In this document: positions 13,329 through 26,443 of the stretch, piece by piece | Layout of the letters: the number at the start of each line of letters is the position of its first letter | How positions within the stretch are numbered: the stretch's first letter is position 1 | Assembly: GCA_030704615.1 (NCBI GenBank) | Contig: CM060733.1 | Location: forward strand, 38,936,001 to 39,000,000 | Source of the DNA: Takakia lepidozioides | Lineage: Eukaryota; Plantae; Bryophyta | Direction: 5' to 3' | DNA length: 64,000 nucleotides | Notes under the pieces: model-generated | Seen by the model: only the letters and a program-made list of their open reading frames with translations | Database searches by the model: none | What the model was told of the DNA's origin: nothing | Translations under genes and position numbers: made by a program

Positions 13329-15033
13329 TGCTAGAATTCCATTTATTTATGATTTTTTAATATGATTTCATACTAAACTTCATAAAATATATACTAATGT
13401 ACATAAAATGTGCTATTCTAAATTATGATCCGAAAAAGTGATCGACACTGGGCGATTTTTATGTAAGAAAGCCTCAATTATACTCCGGCTAACTTTGATG
13501 GTAGGGGATCTGCACTGGAAACTGCTACTACACCTTGTTATTGACTGATACAAAAGCTTGTTGAAACTAGCACGCTCATTCTCCCTTTCATGGGAGGGAT
13601 AAAGGTCTCACTTCAGCAATCGCACACTTATGAAATCGCAGTTTATGACACGAAGGGCGGCGGTGGGATGGATGTTAAAGATGTAGTATGCAATGACTGG
13701 AAAAGGTAAATCATTCCGCGGAAATAAGAACCTACCTCACGCCTCTGGGCTCACGATCTAACATTGCCCCCTTCCGCCTGTTCTGTCCGCGGTTATAGGT
13801 CCATGCCTATGGAAATGACGTGGCATGACGTGACATGGCGTCAACTACGCTGGCAAGGACTGCTGACGTGCCGTAACACCCGTGAACCAACGTGGCGAGA
13901 ACTGCTGACGTGGCGTGAGCCTGACTGCGCTCACGTGCTCACACGCTCACGCGGAGGCATCCTCCTTGTAGGACTCCCAACTCTGGCCAACCCTAGCTCT
14001 GGAGAATGCGAGCTGCCCGCATCCCTTGCAATGCCTCGATTACCTTTCTTCTTTATCTACAGCCTCATTTTTGGTCTTTGTCACCTTCAATCCTTCAATG
14101 GCTGTAGTGAGCTCAAATTCCCGCACCCAATGTGTCGACGGACTATCAAGGATGAGTTCCGGTCGCGGAATCGGCTCCCCCCAAGATTATTCAACTTCTA
14201 CAACTAGTTTAGGATCAATGGACGTTCTGAGCACCCCAACAAAAACTGCCTCAAAGTTATCTTCTGGGGTCTCTGCATACGCGTCCAACTCCTCCGTAGT
14301 TGAAGAGTGTGATGATGTCGACATAGCTGTAGGTTTCGGAAGCACAAGAAAGTTTTGACACACCAGACACTCCACAACATGCAACTTTCGCAGAGTAGAT
14401 CACAACGCCGCCATGGTTGCTCACTCTTTATCCCCCGTACCTGCAGAGAATGTTTCGTCGATGGTGATGACAAAAAATCTGCCAACCGTCTCCACCAAGA
14501 TTCTCACACCCCCGGGTTATTCCCCTTCCTCTACGGGTTTGAGTCAGTCAAGGGATGTTAGTTTAGTAGAGCATGCATGCGAGGAAGAAAAGATCAATTG
14601 ACGAGGATTCCAAGTTGTCACGTAAAGCAGACTAGTTCATCTAGCTTGTTCACTTTCATCCACAGTACATACGCAAGAATGATTACACCAAAGCACACCA
14701 GTCACCTTAGGCTTCCAGCTTGCAGCTTTATATAATCTTGGAACATAATCACAATAGCCCGCTTGTCTTCTTCTGATTGGTTTCCCAAATCTTATCCAAG
14801 TGCCCATCCAGATAGGATGCCACGTTGTCTGATTAGAGATGAGCTAGCTATTTACGTGAAGACAACTTACTTTATTCATCACATATACGCCAACTCACCA
14901 TACTGGCTTCATCCTAACGGTCATCCAACTCCATCCATTGCCAAGGAGAGTAGAATCAATGCCATCACAATGGCACAACATTATCTGCCGGGCATGTGGA
15001 CTTGGTCCATTCAAGTATCAATTAGGGTAGCAT

Positions 15034-15790
15034 GTGCTGTTGGCCCAAATGTCCAATGTCATCTAAGTCCAAGTGCAATCCTCTCCATATCCAAGTGCCT
15101 CTCCTATGTCGAGGCCCAAATGCGACCTCTAGGTTAGCATGTGCCGTGGGCCCAAGTGTCAAGTGTCATGTAAGTCCAAGTGTAAGATCTTCTATGTATC
15201 CCAGTGCATCTCCTATGTCGAGGCCCAAGTGCAACCTCTAGGATAGTCTGCACCTTTGGCCCATGTGTGAAAAATTGAAAATCTAAGACCAAGTGCAATT
15301 TCCTATGTATCCAACGCGTCTCCTATGTTGAGGCCCATGTGTGAGCCTATGCCGTTGGCCTATGTGTGAAGAATTAAAATCTAAGTCCAAGTGCGATCTC
15401 CTATGTATCCCAGTGCGTCTCCTATGTCGAGGCCCAAGTGCGACCTCTAGGGCAGCTTATACCTTTCGCCCATGTGTGAAGAACTGATATCTAAGATCAA
15501 GTGCAATTTCCTATGTATCCCAGTGGGTCTCCTATGTCGAGGTCCATTTAAGCCCATGTGCAATCTTCTATGTGTCCAAGGGCATCTCCCATGTGCATCT
15601 CCTATGTCGAGGCCCATCTAAGCCCAGTATGCAATCTCTTATGTATCTAAGTACGTCTCCTATGTTAAGGCCCGATTTTTTCCTTTTTACGAATTTATTG
15701 AGTCGTAATATATCCAATCATTAGTGATATTATATCTCTTGTCGATTCTCCAATCAATGTCCTAGGACACAAGTGTCCAATGTCATCTAA
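15034..15790. repeat. Degenerate tandem array (~60/120-bp period) with core ctcctatgtcgaggccca
   Basis: The core and 'ctaagtccaagtgc' recur 7 or more times. Confidence 0.85.
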
Positions 15791-15860
15791 GTCATCTAAG
15801 CCTAATCATTTTTTTTCCACATAGCCTATGACCAGATTTCAGTGGAGACCTTTCCCTTGA

Positions 15861-16090
15861 TATATGTATATATATATATATTTTAAAGGGAAACACGCGA
15901 CAGCTCACAATCAGGCCCCTTGATAGTAAGAGGAGAAAATAACCTCTTTCACAGTAACCCGCCATGAGGCGTAAAAATGGGGCACCACCTAGGAACCATA
16001 CCACACCCGTCGGTAGCAAGATTTGACCCCAGAATCATCTGGGTGGCACTGAGTGCACTTAACCAACTGTCTAGGGTCCAATCATTGTCC
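15861..16090 (-). mobile_element. tRNA-derived SINE-like element, copy 1
   Basis: Colinear with 24646-24887 (ttaaagggaaacac…ctcacaa…aaaataacct…atttgac…gtggcact). Ends in a (TA)n tail. Confidence 0.65.
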
Positions 16091-18014
16091 CAAGAATGTC
16101 CACTTTGCTAATTTTCCCGAATTTCCGGCGACTAAAAGTACTTGAAATTCCGTATCTCCCACACCGGAGGTCCAAAAATCATGAGACCAAGCCCCTACAC
16201 CCCTCTCTCATGGAGGGCTTTCCAACGTTACCAAGCACCAGGGCTGCGGGACATCTCAACGTGACAAAACAAAACAAAACAAAACAAAACATACGTCTCG
16301 CTTCATATATTGATATTGATAAGCTTCGCATCAGTAGAGGTTTTCACTGCCATCTTCGTCTAACGTTACGAAAACACCAATGGGCTTCTGGATGGGCCAC
16401 GTGCAATCTACAGATATCGCCACTTGCTCATTCAAACCTTGCACAACCGCTCATGCCGAGAAGGTCAAGTAACTTATCGGATTGAGAGAAATGAAAGTAC
16501 CGCCAGGAACGTGGAAGAAAGAAACAAGAAAGAGAGAAGGGACAATAGCCCAAAAGCGACTAAAGCGCAGGGGATTGTCTACGAGAGAGAGAGTCTACTA
16601 AACAGTCCGAAAAGAGACGGGCCATGGTCTCGAGCATCACGGGCGCATGTGTCGCACCCTCTGTGGTCTCGATACATGTATTCATTCCCCCCCTTGACCA
16701 GCATGGCAGCTTACAATCTGGGTGGTTCTCACCCTTCATATTCAATCAGGGTGTGAAGAGAAGGACTGGTGTGTCCTTTGCAAATATGAATACATACCAG
16801 GAAAATGCCACCGGTTAGTGCCCTGCTGCCACTAGTTTTCAAGCATGGGCATTTGACCTTATACTCGTAAGTTTCCAGACTGAACGTTCAATTGGGCGCT
16901 TGATAATTCCATATGATGATTATTATTCTGTCAGCGAAGAATGGCTGCACAATTTCAACATGTGCTTTGTTGAATATATCTGTGGTTTATGATTTTCCAC
17001 CATTCCGGTCTATTCAAGTCAATTCGGTCACCAAAACCTGCTGGTTGCAACTCTTGGGCGGATTTGAAGACTAGCACATACAGGAACAAATTGATCATAG
17101 AACTGGGTTGTTGTCACTCCCTTTTTCATTCTTAGTCTTCCGGTGGGAAAAAGTATTGTTGACGCTTCTCTTTCGATGGCAAAAAAATTAGAGGTTTTGA
17201 GAGGAATCTCCTGCCATCTTAGTGTGGAATGGAGAGTCGTCGGGTTGCATAGAAAGTATGTGGGTTTGCCTTGCCAACTCGATCAAACTTTGAGTTTTAA
17301 ACTAGTTTTCAGGGTTCGGGAGTCTGAAGAGTCGGTTTTCTCCAGGATCATGTGTGTAGGAGAGCGTAACTTCATATCTGGCAGATAACAAAGAGCCCAC
17401 AATCCTAATCAAAACAGCAAATTCGACCAATCTCACCACTCCAAGTCATCAGTTATCAGTTATGAGAGTCACATTGCAGTATTTGAATATCAGATAATGA
17501 CTAGGGGATATTCTATGCATTTTTACATCACATTTTCAACATGGATCATTCCGCCAGAGGCTGAAAACGCCTTGATTGGTAACAGGTTTGGCACTGACCG
17601 ATCAACCTTGCGTTGTCATTCTACTCATTTGTATATCACCACCCACTTGGGTTTTCCACACATTGCTTGTGCTGAAACATCCTGGTGCCTTCAACAGGTG
17701 GTTTTGGTTAGATATCGTGTGTTTGCCACTGAATCCTTCAGTTCCATTCCATAACTTGCGCTGCTGTTAAATTCTGGATTTGAAATAGTTAGACGAATGT
17801 AGTACTTTCTAGCGACTCAGAACCTGTTCAGCATGGCAGTAATGATCCACCAAGATTTCTGTGGAAACTATTAATAATAAACAGAAGTTTTATTAGGAAT
17901 TCTCCTACTAAACCCTCAATGCACCGCCAATTGTACAGGGTTTATCTACTTATTTAGGAATAGAGAATATGGTGGATTGATGTATTCCAGCACAATGGTT
18001 GTTGTGTGCTGCAG

Positions 18015-21000
18015 ATCTGATGTCGTTAGGGAGAACTAATCTTCGAGTCTCAAGGCTAGGCATTGGAACACTGCAATGGGGGGACCCTAATAGCGGATTT
18101 GGAAAAAGCTTTGGGGAGCCAGAGCTGACAAGTGCGTTCGATGAGCTGGTGAAGGGTGGCATCAACTTCTTTGATACTGCAGAGGTAATGTAAGTACAGT
18201 GTTAAGTTGCATGCAAGGGTAGTGGAGAAGGACAGTGTTCTCAGGGCTAAGAAAGTTCAATTCAATGCTTAACCCTCAACTGCAGTATTTTGCTATTATA
18301 CACATGCCATGGCATTGCAGCCCTAATCCCAGCAGCATACGATCCTTTCACAATCCTAGTATGGAGCTGCCACAGTTCTCTCAACAACTTTCTTACTGAA
18401 ATATGTCTCTTGTAGAATGTAGAGTTTGACATAAGGCAGAGAGTAGAAGAGACTTCCGAGAACCTGCTCCAAAGCAGATAATTTTGAAGTTGGTGCTCAA
18501 AGTCCAGCTCAAGCATTGAGGGGTCAGGAGATGGTGGGCACAGGTGTATGGATACCAAAATATTCAGACTGGAACATCGTCAGAGCAGCTGTTGGGAAAG
18601 TTTGTGCGCAACAAAACTAAACAGCGTTCAGCTCAAGTAGGGGATGAGGGTCAGGGCCTCCCACCTGTCATCGCTACCAAGTTCTTCACCATTCCCTGGA
18701 CCAATTTTCTCATTGGTAAGTTGGTAAGTTGGCTTGTGAGGCCTGTTCCCAAACCTCATCCCTATTAATTGGGTTAGGCCACTCTTTGATTCATTCACTA
18801 ACTTCCTTGAAGTCAATTCAAGTCTCGGGAGATAGCGACCGGAAAGACTCATTATTTATGGCATAGAATGTTTCTGAATTGTCAATGGTCGATAGTCACT
18901 AGAGTAAGCTTAATTGGGCAAATTATGTTTGATATGCCTACTCTCTCCAGATTGAGGATCAACACAAGTAGCGGTCGCACTGATTATGTGTTAAAACCTA
19001 CTCTCTGCAACCCAATTATGAAACTTGAGACAGAATCTTTCACTGCAACTTATACTTGAAACCCCAATCGAAGGAAGGTTTGTAATTATGAATTTCGGTT
19101 ACAGTGTAAGTTCTTAAGTCAGTATTGTCTTCTTATCTCTGTGGACGTTTTAGAGTTATTGTGTTTCTTCCACAATAGCAAGCTAGTCTAATACCTGCAT
19201 TAATTCAGGAGGAGGGTTTAGGCTGGGGCGCCAGTCCTTGCTGGCAGCCCTGCGTGAGAGCTTGAAGCGGATTGGCCGAGACAATGTTGATCTCTACCAG
19301 GTAATATGGATTCCATGCTATAGAATGCAGGACATATGATCGATTGAAAGCAAGTCTGGTACAAGTTTTTCCATGCAGTAAATGGCTCTTTTCCAGAGGA
19401 TGACTGCAAATTGTTTTGTATGCAGGCAAGAAAGAAGGACATGGGACCCATTACTGTTCACTGTGAATCTTTGCCATGACACACCCTTAGTCCCTGGGAG
19501 ATGCTGGTCCTCTTGGAGCCATCTGTGGCTATCAAACCACTAGGAATGAAATTCCCCGTAAAACTGCCATACATAATGCATGTAACCCACTAGGTTACAA
19601 CAACTGAATACTGGTGACTGATTGCACTGCCAATCTTTAGTTCAAAAAATTTAAGAGAGGATGAGAATGTACTCAATAAGACGTTGTTTGCCGTAGCCTT
19701 GTGGCCATTGACCCCGCGCCCAGTTTGAGCGGAAACCAAAGGGACAGAACCTACCTCTGTCAGGGGCTGACGTTGGTAGTAAGACTTACCTTGATACATA
19801 GAATTGATCCGGGTTTTCCAGATATCCTCTAGAAATCCCTTCACACAAGCACCAATCTGCTGTGTGTGATTTGCCCAAAAACTAGGCCTCAGAAGGGCCT
19901 GGGCTTTTGGTTCAGCCTCGAGACTTTCAAAGTTGGTAAACAGAGGTACAGGCACAATTCCCTTGATAGATTTGAAGAGAGCGTCTCTTTGGTGAGAGAA
20001 CCCCGGACAGTGTATCAGAAAATGAATACTGTCTTCAGGTTGCCCACACACCGGGCAATTGCACTCTCCCTTTCCTCTCTGCTTCTGTTTGCTGTTCAAA
20101 GGTAGGCTTCCTGCCCTGAGTTTAAATTTCAGTCTAGTGCCGAGAGTGGGTAGACCCTTGAGGTCATCCAAGATGTCCTTCCCCATGTCACAGACTGGAA
20201 ACAAGTTCAGGGAAGTTTTCTGCCTAACTTCATTTTCGTCAGACAATTTCATGGCAACAGACATGGCTTTGGACACTACAGCCTCTAAGTCAGATTTATC
20301 CAGCAGGGTCAAGACTTGCGGATCCAAATCCAGGTCCTCGAGAATCTCTTCTACTCTCTTCTGCCAGGACTTAGCCTGTTTGACAGGGCGGTCCTGTTTC
20401 CAAGATATAGAGTCGATTAACTTAGGATATCTGGTGTTGGACATATGTTGCAGCTGACCCCACCATCTGACCTTGAATTCATCTTGTTGGGGGCTTAAGG
20501 ATGGAATGCCAAACTCACCCCGAACAGCCACATTGGCTGTTTTGGAGCATGCTGACATACACTCCTTAAGCACCCCCACTTGAATGGATTCTAGAGACTT
20601 AGCCTGGTTGGAGTTATCAACCCATATTGCAGATCCGTACTCCAAGGCAGGTCTAATAACGCGACAAAGCATGGTTTTCTTAACCTCAGAGTTGACCCCT
20701 CTGCAGTGGAAAAATTTAGTGAGCCCCAGAGCTTTGCCCTTGCCAGTTTGAACAACTTTCCGGATATGTGCATCCCAATTACAATGGGAGGAAAACTCAA
20801 CGCCCAGGTAAGTGTAGGAAGGAGGACCGGGATCTCTTGGCTACCCCACTGCCACTTAAGATCACTTCCTCCCTCTCCTCTGTCGTTGAATGCTACCACT
20901 GCACATTTGCTGACGTTAGCCTCTAGCCCCCAAAGATCAAAGTATCTCTTCGCGCAATCAATCAACTCCTGGAGATTGGTTGGAGTCTCCCCTATGCCTG

Positions 21001-24000
21001 CGAAGTCATCCGCAAACATAAGGGCTGGTTATGGTGGTATCACCCACCCTTAACCCAAATCCCTCACTTTCCACATCCTCGAGGAGTTGATTGATAAAAC
21101 ATTGAAGAGCAGAGGGGAGAGAGTACATCCTTGAGCTACACCTTGGTCTATGTCAAATAAGTTGGACTTCTGTCCATTAACAGTGACACAGCTTTTGGTG
21201 TGAGCATACAAGTTGTGGACAACTCTCCACATCTTTTCCCTTGATCCCACAAGACCAGAGGCGGAGCCATAGGCCATCTCTCCACACTGTGTCATAAGCC
21301 TTTTTGACATCCAAGAAAAAAACCTAAGTGGGTTTCCCTTCTTTTTTCCTTCCCTGGATAATCTGGCTTAGAGTGAAGATATGATCCACACAGCCCCTGT
21401 TTCGCCGGAAGTCAGCTTGGCCTTCGTGGAAACAAGCTCTAGATTCGAGATCAACCTCGAGACGAGTACTTATAACTCTGCAAAAATTCTTGCCAACAGC
21501 ACTGAGGAGCGTGATGCCATGGTAGTTTCCCGGTTCTTCTCTGTCACCCTTCTTGCATAGATTGACAATGACCCCCTGTCGCTAGCGAAAAGGGATCATT
21601 TCAGTCTTCCAGATAAGGTTAGAGAGGAGAACTAGGGCCTCTATCATGGGATCGCCACCGTGCTTGATAAGCTCGTTGACTATGCCATCAGGTCCACCAG
21701 CTTTATATCTTATAGCTTTATAAGAGAGGATGAGAGAGAAGCAGAAAGAAGAGAGACGTACTCCTTTGCCCAGCTTATCATATCCTTTGGCCTACACTGG
21801 GATGGAGCGCAAAGGTTTTAGCAGGGGCAGGTCTAGCCTGTGGCTCCATGGTGGACATGTTGACAGAGCTGGATTTATGGACCTAACAGGGACAGCCCTT
21901 GCATGCAGATCCATTTCCCATTTCCGACATTCAGTAATGCGGCACTGATGGAGAGCTTGAAGGAGGCTGTAGATGAGGGTCTTACAAGGGCTGTGGGTGT
22001 GTCCAATTACTCGCGTGATCAGGTACCCACACAGTTCTATTCCAAATCACCATAAAGACTCTCTAACAAGATTTGTCAGGTGGGACCTTGCATATCAACT
22101 TGAGGGTGGTGATAACGGGGTAGATTCTCGGGTAAAATCTGTTGAGACCATTTGCTAGCACTACCTGACCGCACATTACTGTATGACTCAGAAGTCAAAG
22201 AACTTATATTGGAGTAGTTCCAACTAGTTGTGCAACTGGACTAGAACAATTTACTGAACCAATGTGCCAGGCACTTGTGTAGATGGAGGAGGCGGATGAC
22301 TTGCTTGCTCGTTATGGAATCCCTTTGGCCTCTAATCAAGTTCAGTTCAGGTAATGAACATGTATAGAGGGGTTGTTCACTCTGTAGATTGTATTGCTGT
22401 AGCTTTGTTACCCACACATGATTTGGACTGAAAAAGACGGGGTTAAGAACCAGATGAGGGAAAGACAGAATATAACTTGCTACTCGGATAACTGTAGTAA
22501 TTCTACAGCTAATACCTGTACTGACTACTGACTTCTGAAGGGACGTACTTATTAGATAAAAGGCTGGCCTGGTAAGATGGTGACTCACAATAACTCGTCG
22601 AATGGAAGGCGTTAGCGCTGGCAATATTTCATTCAACCTTTTGCCCTATCAACTTTATTATTAACTTTATGATAATTATCTATGTGAGGGGAAAGAGCAG
22701 AAAAAGCAAGCATATATCTCGGAGAATATTAACTCTCCTAGAGCCCCTTACGCAGTTTTTATCCACCAGACAGAGGCATAGAGCAATTAAAATTGCAGAA
22801 TCATAGCTCTTTTGTTGTAGCCTGCTTATGGACCAGTGTCACCAGGTTGGTTCAAATGTCATTCTTCCTAGTCATGGCTAACTAGGATTGATTGAGTCAC
22901 AGCCTGGTGTCCCGAAGCCCGGACAAGGATGGACTTCTGAAGTCATGCAAGGTAACCTCTACAGTTCTCTTGCCATCTGCCTGAATGAAATACAGTGGTG
23001 ATCAAATGTTTCGAAAGGGCAGATCGAGTTCAGTGCGCCATTCCAATTGACATCGTTAAGCCAATTGCATGCTTTTCATTTGGTTTTTGGCCCAAAGGCA
23101 GGCGGTCGGTACCCTCGCAAGAAAATTGTCCGTGTACCCCATCCAAGTTTTGTTGGAAAAACTGATATACAGATAGTTCAAGAGTGCCCTTCTCGTGCTG
23201 GGGTGGATGCCACCCAACTTCTGCTTCAACATTATGTACATTTGAGAAGAGAGGTGATTCTAAAGTACTACGTCACACTAAGAGTTCATAAAGTGGAGTC
23301 CATAACCATGAATGTGGTGAGTGGTGCAGGAACGAAGCATCACCTTGATAGCGTACTCTCCTCTGGCATCAGGTTTGCTAACTGCAAAATCCTTTCATCG
23401 GAAGGACAACAAAGCCTTGAAGGTAAGTATACCCCACTTTCACGTAGAGATGATGTAAAAGTGCTTGCTTTAGCCTTGTAGTGTCAACCCGGCACATAGT
23501 TAACTTGTACTTGTGGTCATTTACCAGGTTCAACCTTTGTTGAAGTTGATGGGCTCGATTGGGGCAGAGCATGGCAACAAATCAGTCTCTCAGGTGCATT
23601 AATGTCTATTGCCCCATCTTATATGCAGCTTTACTTGCAACATCTGACTTGGCTTAAGCCTTTTATGCTTTCTGTCTCTCTCATTCGAATGTTTGAAGGA
23701 GTACCTCCCTGCAAAGTGTGAGCTGAAAAAGGAGTTTTGAAGAAGATTATCAACCATCCTGAATTATGTCCAAGCAAACATATGGGTCTTAGTAAGTAGA
23801 AAGCGCTATTCAGCCGGCTATAGGGACTTTTTGTGCCAAGCCCATAGCTAGTCTTACTAGGGGTCCTGGTTACTGGTACAGGAAAAATCAAATGGATTCT
23901 TTGGCTTGGCAGGTGGCATTGAATTACTTGATTTGTAAAGGGGCTCTTCCAATTCCAGGGTACATGTTCCTTTTACCTGCTTTAAGTATCCTTTTATCTT

Positions 24001-24550
24001 GTCTTAGTTCCAGCTAGAAAAGCTGTATTTTTTAAAATGGAGCTCTATGGATGTGGCGGAGATTGTAACTGGAAGGGAGAACATTCAGCAGGTCAAAAAG
24101 CAAGGCTGTGGGACCTTTATTGTGCCAGAGCATTCTCGTAGGGATGTATTCCCTTCTTGGGTTTCTATCAAGGTTTGCTTGGAATGGTTATTATGTTGCA
24201 TGACTGTTTCAAATGTCCAAATTATTTACCTTCTATGCAAGCAGGTGCAAAACAGCCGAGCAAGCAAAAGCACATTGTGAGGTGCTAGGTTGGCAACTAG
24301 ATAACAACCACGGTCAGTTCTATTACCTGCTCCATAGTGGCCATGATCACCATCACATCATCCTAGTACCTGTGTCATTCAGAGGTGCCTCTCAGAGCAT
24401 AACATGCAATGAATGAAGTGGGTTGGAATGTGAAACTGGTTGCCTTGTCCTTTGATGCAGATCATGATAGCAAGTTTTTGACAGAGATGGTGGGTTGGTA
24501 TTTGTGCAGTCGCAGCTCTTGAGAGAAAAGCTATGTCTTTGAAGCTTTAG
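18015..24550 (+). CDS. Aldo-keto reductase (pyridoxal-reductase-like plant AKR); spliced; 5' exon(s) not identified
   Basis: GT-AG exons at approximately 18015-18184 (LGIGTLQWGD…GINFFDTAE), 18544-18715 (VYG…SEQLLGKF…IATKF), 19209-19300 (SLKRIG…VDLYQ), 21909-22022 (IHFP…AVGVSNYS), 22283-22350 (LASNQVQFS), 22903-22951, 23330-23422 (LIAYSPLASGLLT), 23528-23593, 23913-23958 (VALNYL…PIPG), 24245-24312 and 24510-24550 (stop). The catalytic D/Y/K/H tetrad is present. Confidence 0.92.
19667..21720 (-). mobile_element. 5'-truncated non-LTR retrotransposon (LINE; RTE-X-like by inference) in an AKR intron
   Basis: RT motifs GVAQGCTLSPLLF and FADD; C-terminal CPVC…HFLIHC knuckle; flanked by a 15-bp direct repeat TAAGAGAGGATGAGA (19652-19666 and 21721-21735), read as a TSD. 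Confidence 0.92.
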
Positions 24551-24645
24551 TGAGTAATGGAGAGTTGCTGTGACTAAAGCTGGGATGAACTGTAGAATAT
24601 TATTCTTTCAGATGAAATGGCAGGCACTGTTGTGTTCAACACACT

Positions 24646-24887
24646 TTTTAAACAAAAATATTAAAGGGAAACACTAGGGAGCTCACAAATCAGGTCCCTT
24701 AATTACAGTGAGAGGAAAAATAACCTACTAGTATCGTCACCATGATGCGCCAAGCTACACAAGGCTGATGGGCCACCGCCCAAGGGAGAGGGGGAGAAAA
24801 CCACACAACTAAGCAGCAGGATTTGACACCAGTAGCACCCCAGTGGCACTTGGTGCTCTATCCAACTGAACTATCCACTAGTGGTCC
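24646..24887 (-). mobile_element. tRNA-derived SINE-like element, copy 2
   Basis: The minus-strand head ggaccactagtggaTAGTTCAGTTGGatagagcac…GGTGTCAAATCC carries Pol III A- and B-box-like motifs. A/T-rich tail. Homologous to 15861-16090. Confidence 0.7.
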
Positions 24888-26044
24888 AGATAGGCACTAG
24901 GCACCTTGGACTTGAGAGTAGAAAATTACGGTTTCTTACACAAGAGTTGGATAGCATGCACAAGTCATTTTCTTTCTGGTTACAATTATGTCCTTGAATA
25001 TCCACCCTTAGGATAAGGTCGCATTATCTCATTTACTTTAAAGAGTGTTGGACTAGAAGTATGTTCCGATGAGATTGCAAACGCACACAATCACAATCTG
25101 ACATCTACAATTCACCAATGCAATGGTAGGTTCATGCATTTGCAAATGCTGCATTGATAATGTGTGCACATAATAAAGCTGAAGTGGTTTGTGCTTCAAA
25201 CCCAACTTTTCAAAGATGCCGATCTAAAGAAACATTGGCACCTTGCTTTAAACTGAACACAATGGAGTGATTTGCAATGGGATGATCCCTGTAGAGAGAG
25301 AGGGTGTCGCGGCCCTTTGCCTTGAGGACCCGGGGGGGGGGGGTATTGGGACATAAGAGGGGCTGTCCCTATGGTGGGGGCAGCGGCAACAACAGTGGGA
25401 ATGGGGGCTGAACAACCTTGGTGTGTCGAAGGTACTCAAGAGGACGGAGGCGCACACTAAGTGGAGCCCCGCAACCGGGTTACGGTGGGCTCCGAGTGGG
25501 GTGGTCGTAGTATAAGGAATCGTAGTGGGGGTGGCATAGGACTCATCGTGGGGCTAAGGCCTTGTGGTGGGAGTCGTAGGGAGTCTTGGGGTTCATGACC
25601 ACGGTCCATTGGGGCCGTGGTGTAATGAATCGTGGTGGGTGGGCCAAAACTCACTGCAATCATCACAGGGAGTTGAGGTTCACGGTAGTGGTTCACCAAA
25701 AAGGACTTGGGCTGTTTGTGACCCCCGTTGACATCTACAGAACTACACATAGGGAGTAGTAACCGCGAGAACGGTGCAAGCCCGTTAAACAACCAAAAGC
25801 TAGTGAAGCAAGCAAGCGAACCAGAAGGCGACCAAATTGTGGGGAGCTATTCTAGACTACCTACAACCAAAGGGAATTTCCAATCAGCCCGCATAGTCGA
25901 GGGTTACGTGGGGGAGCAAAGGGGGACCGTTATGTCTCGGCGAGCAGGCGAAGCTCCATGCTTGCCCAGTGGCCATTTTGGGAGTTAGGCGCGCGCATCA
26001 AAGTGAGTGTGTATGACATGAAGGGGTGTTTACTGAAGTGAGGT

Positions 26045-26443
26045 GTGCGACACGTGATATTAGAGCTTAGAGTTGAGTATGTGATTGTCCTTGAGATCAG
26101 CCTCACCATAGGGTCGGCAAGGCCAAGCGAAAGCAGAATGGCCCGAAAGCCGATGAGCCTAGTGAGTCCAGTGGGGGCGACACGGCGCCGGAGCGACGAG
26201 CGGAAGAAGCAAGCTATTTTTCTGAAAGTAAGGCCGCTCAAGAGTAAGAGACATTTGAGGAGTCGGGACCCTTCAAAGGCTCCGTCGGACCAACAGATGT
26301 CTCAAATGCCACAAACCTTCTGCGAAAGGCTTTTGGCTCAATTTGGTGGGACCCTAAAAGAGGTGATGAAGGCTAGGCTACCCATGCCATTTCCAAACAC
26401 TAAGTTTAAGGTGAAACCAAATGAGCCCGACACCTTTGAGGGG
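26045..26443 (+). pseudogene. Possible retrotransposon gag N-terminal fragment
   Basis: …KVKPNEPDTFEG resembles the start of a Ty3 capsid domain. It is interrupted by a TIR-like sequence at 26444. Confidence 0.4.
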
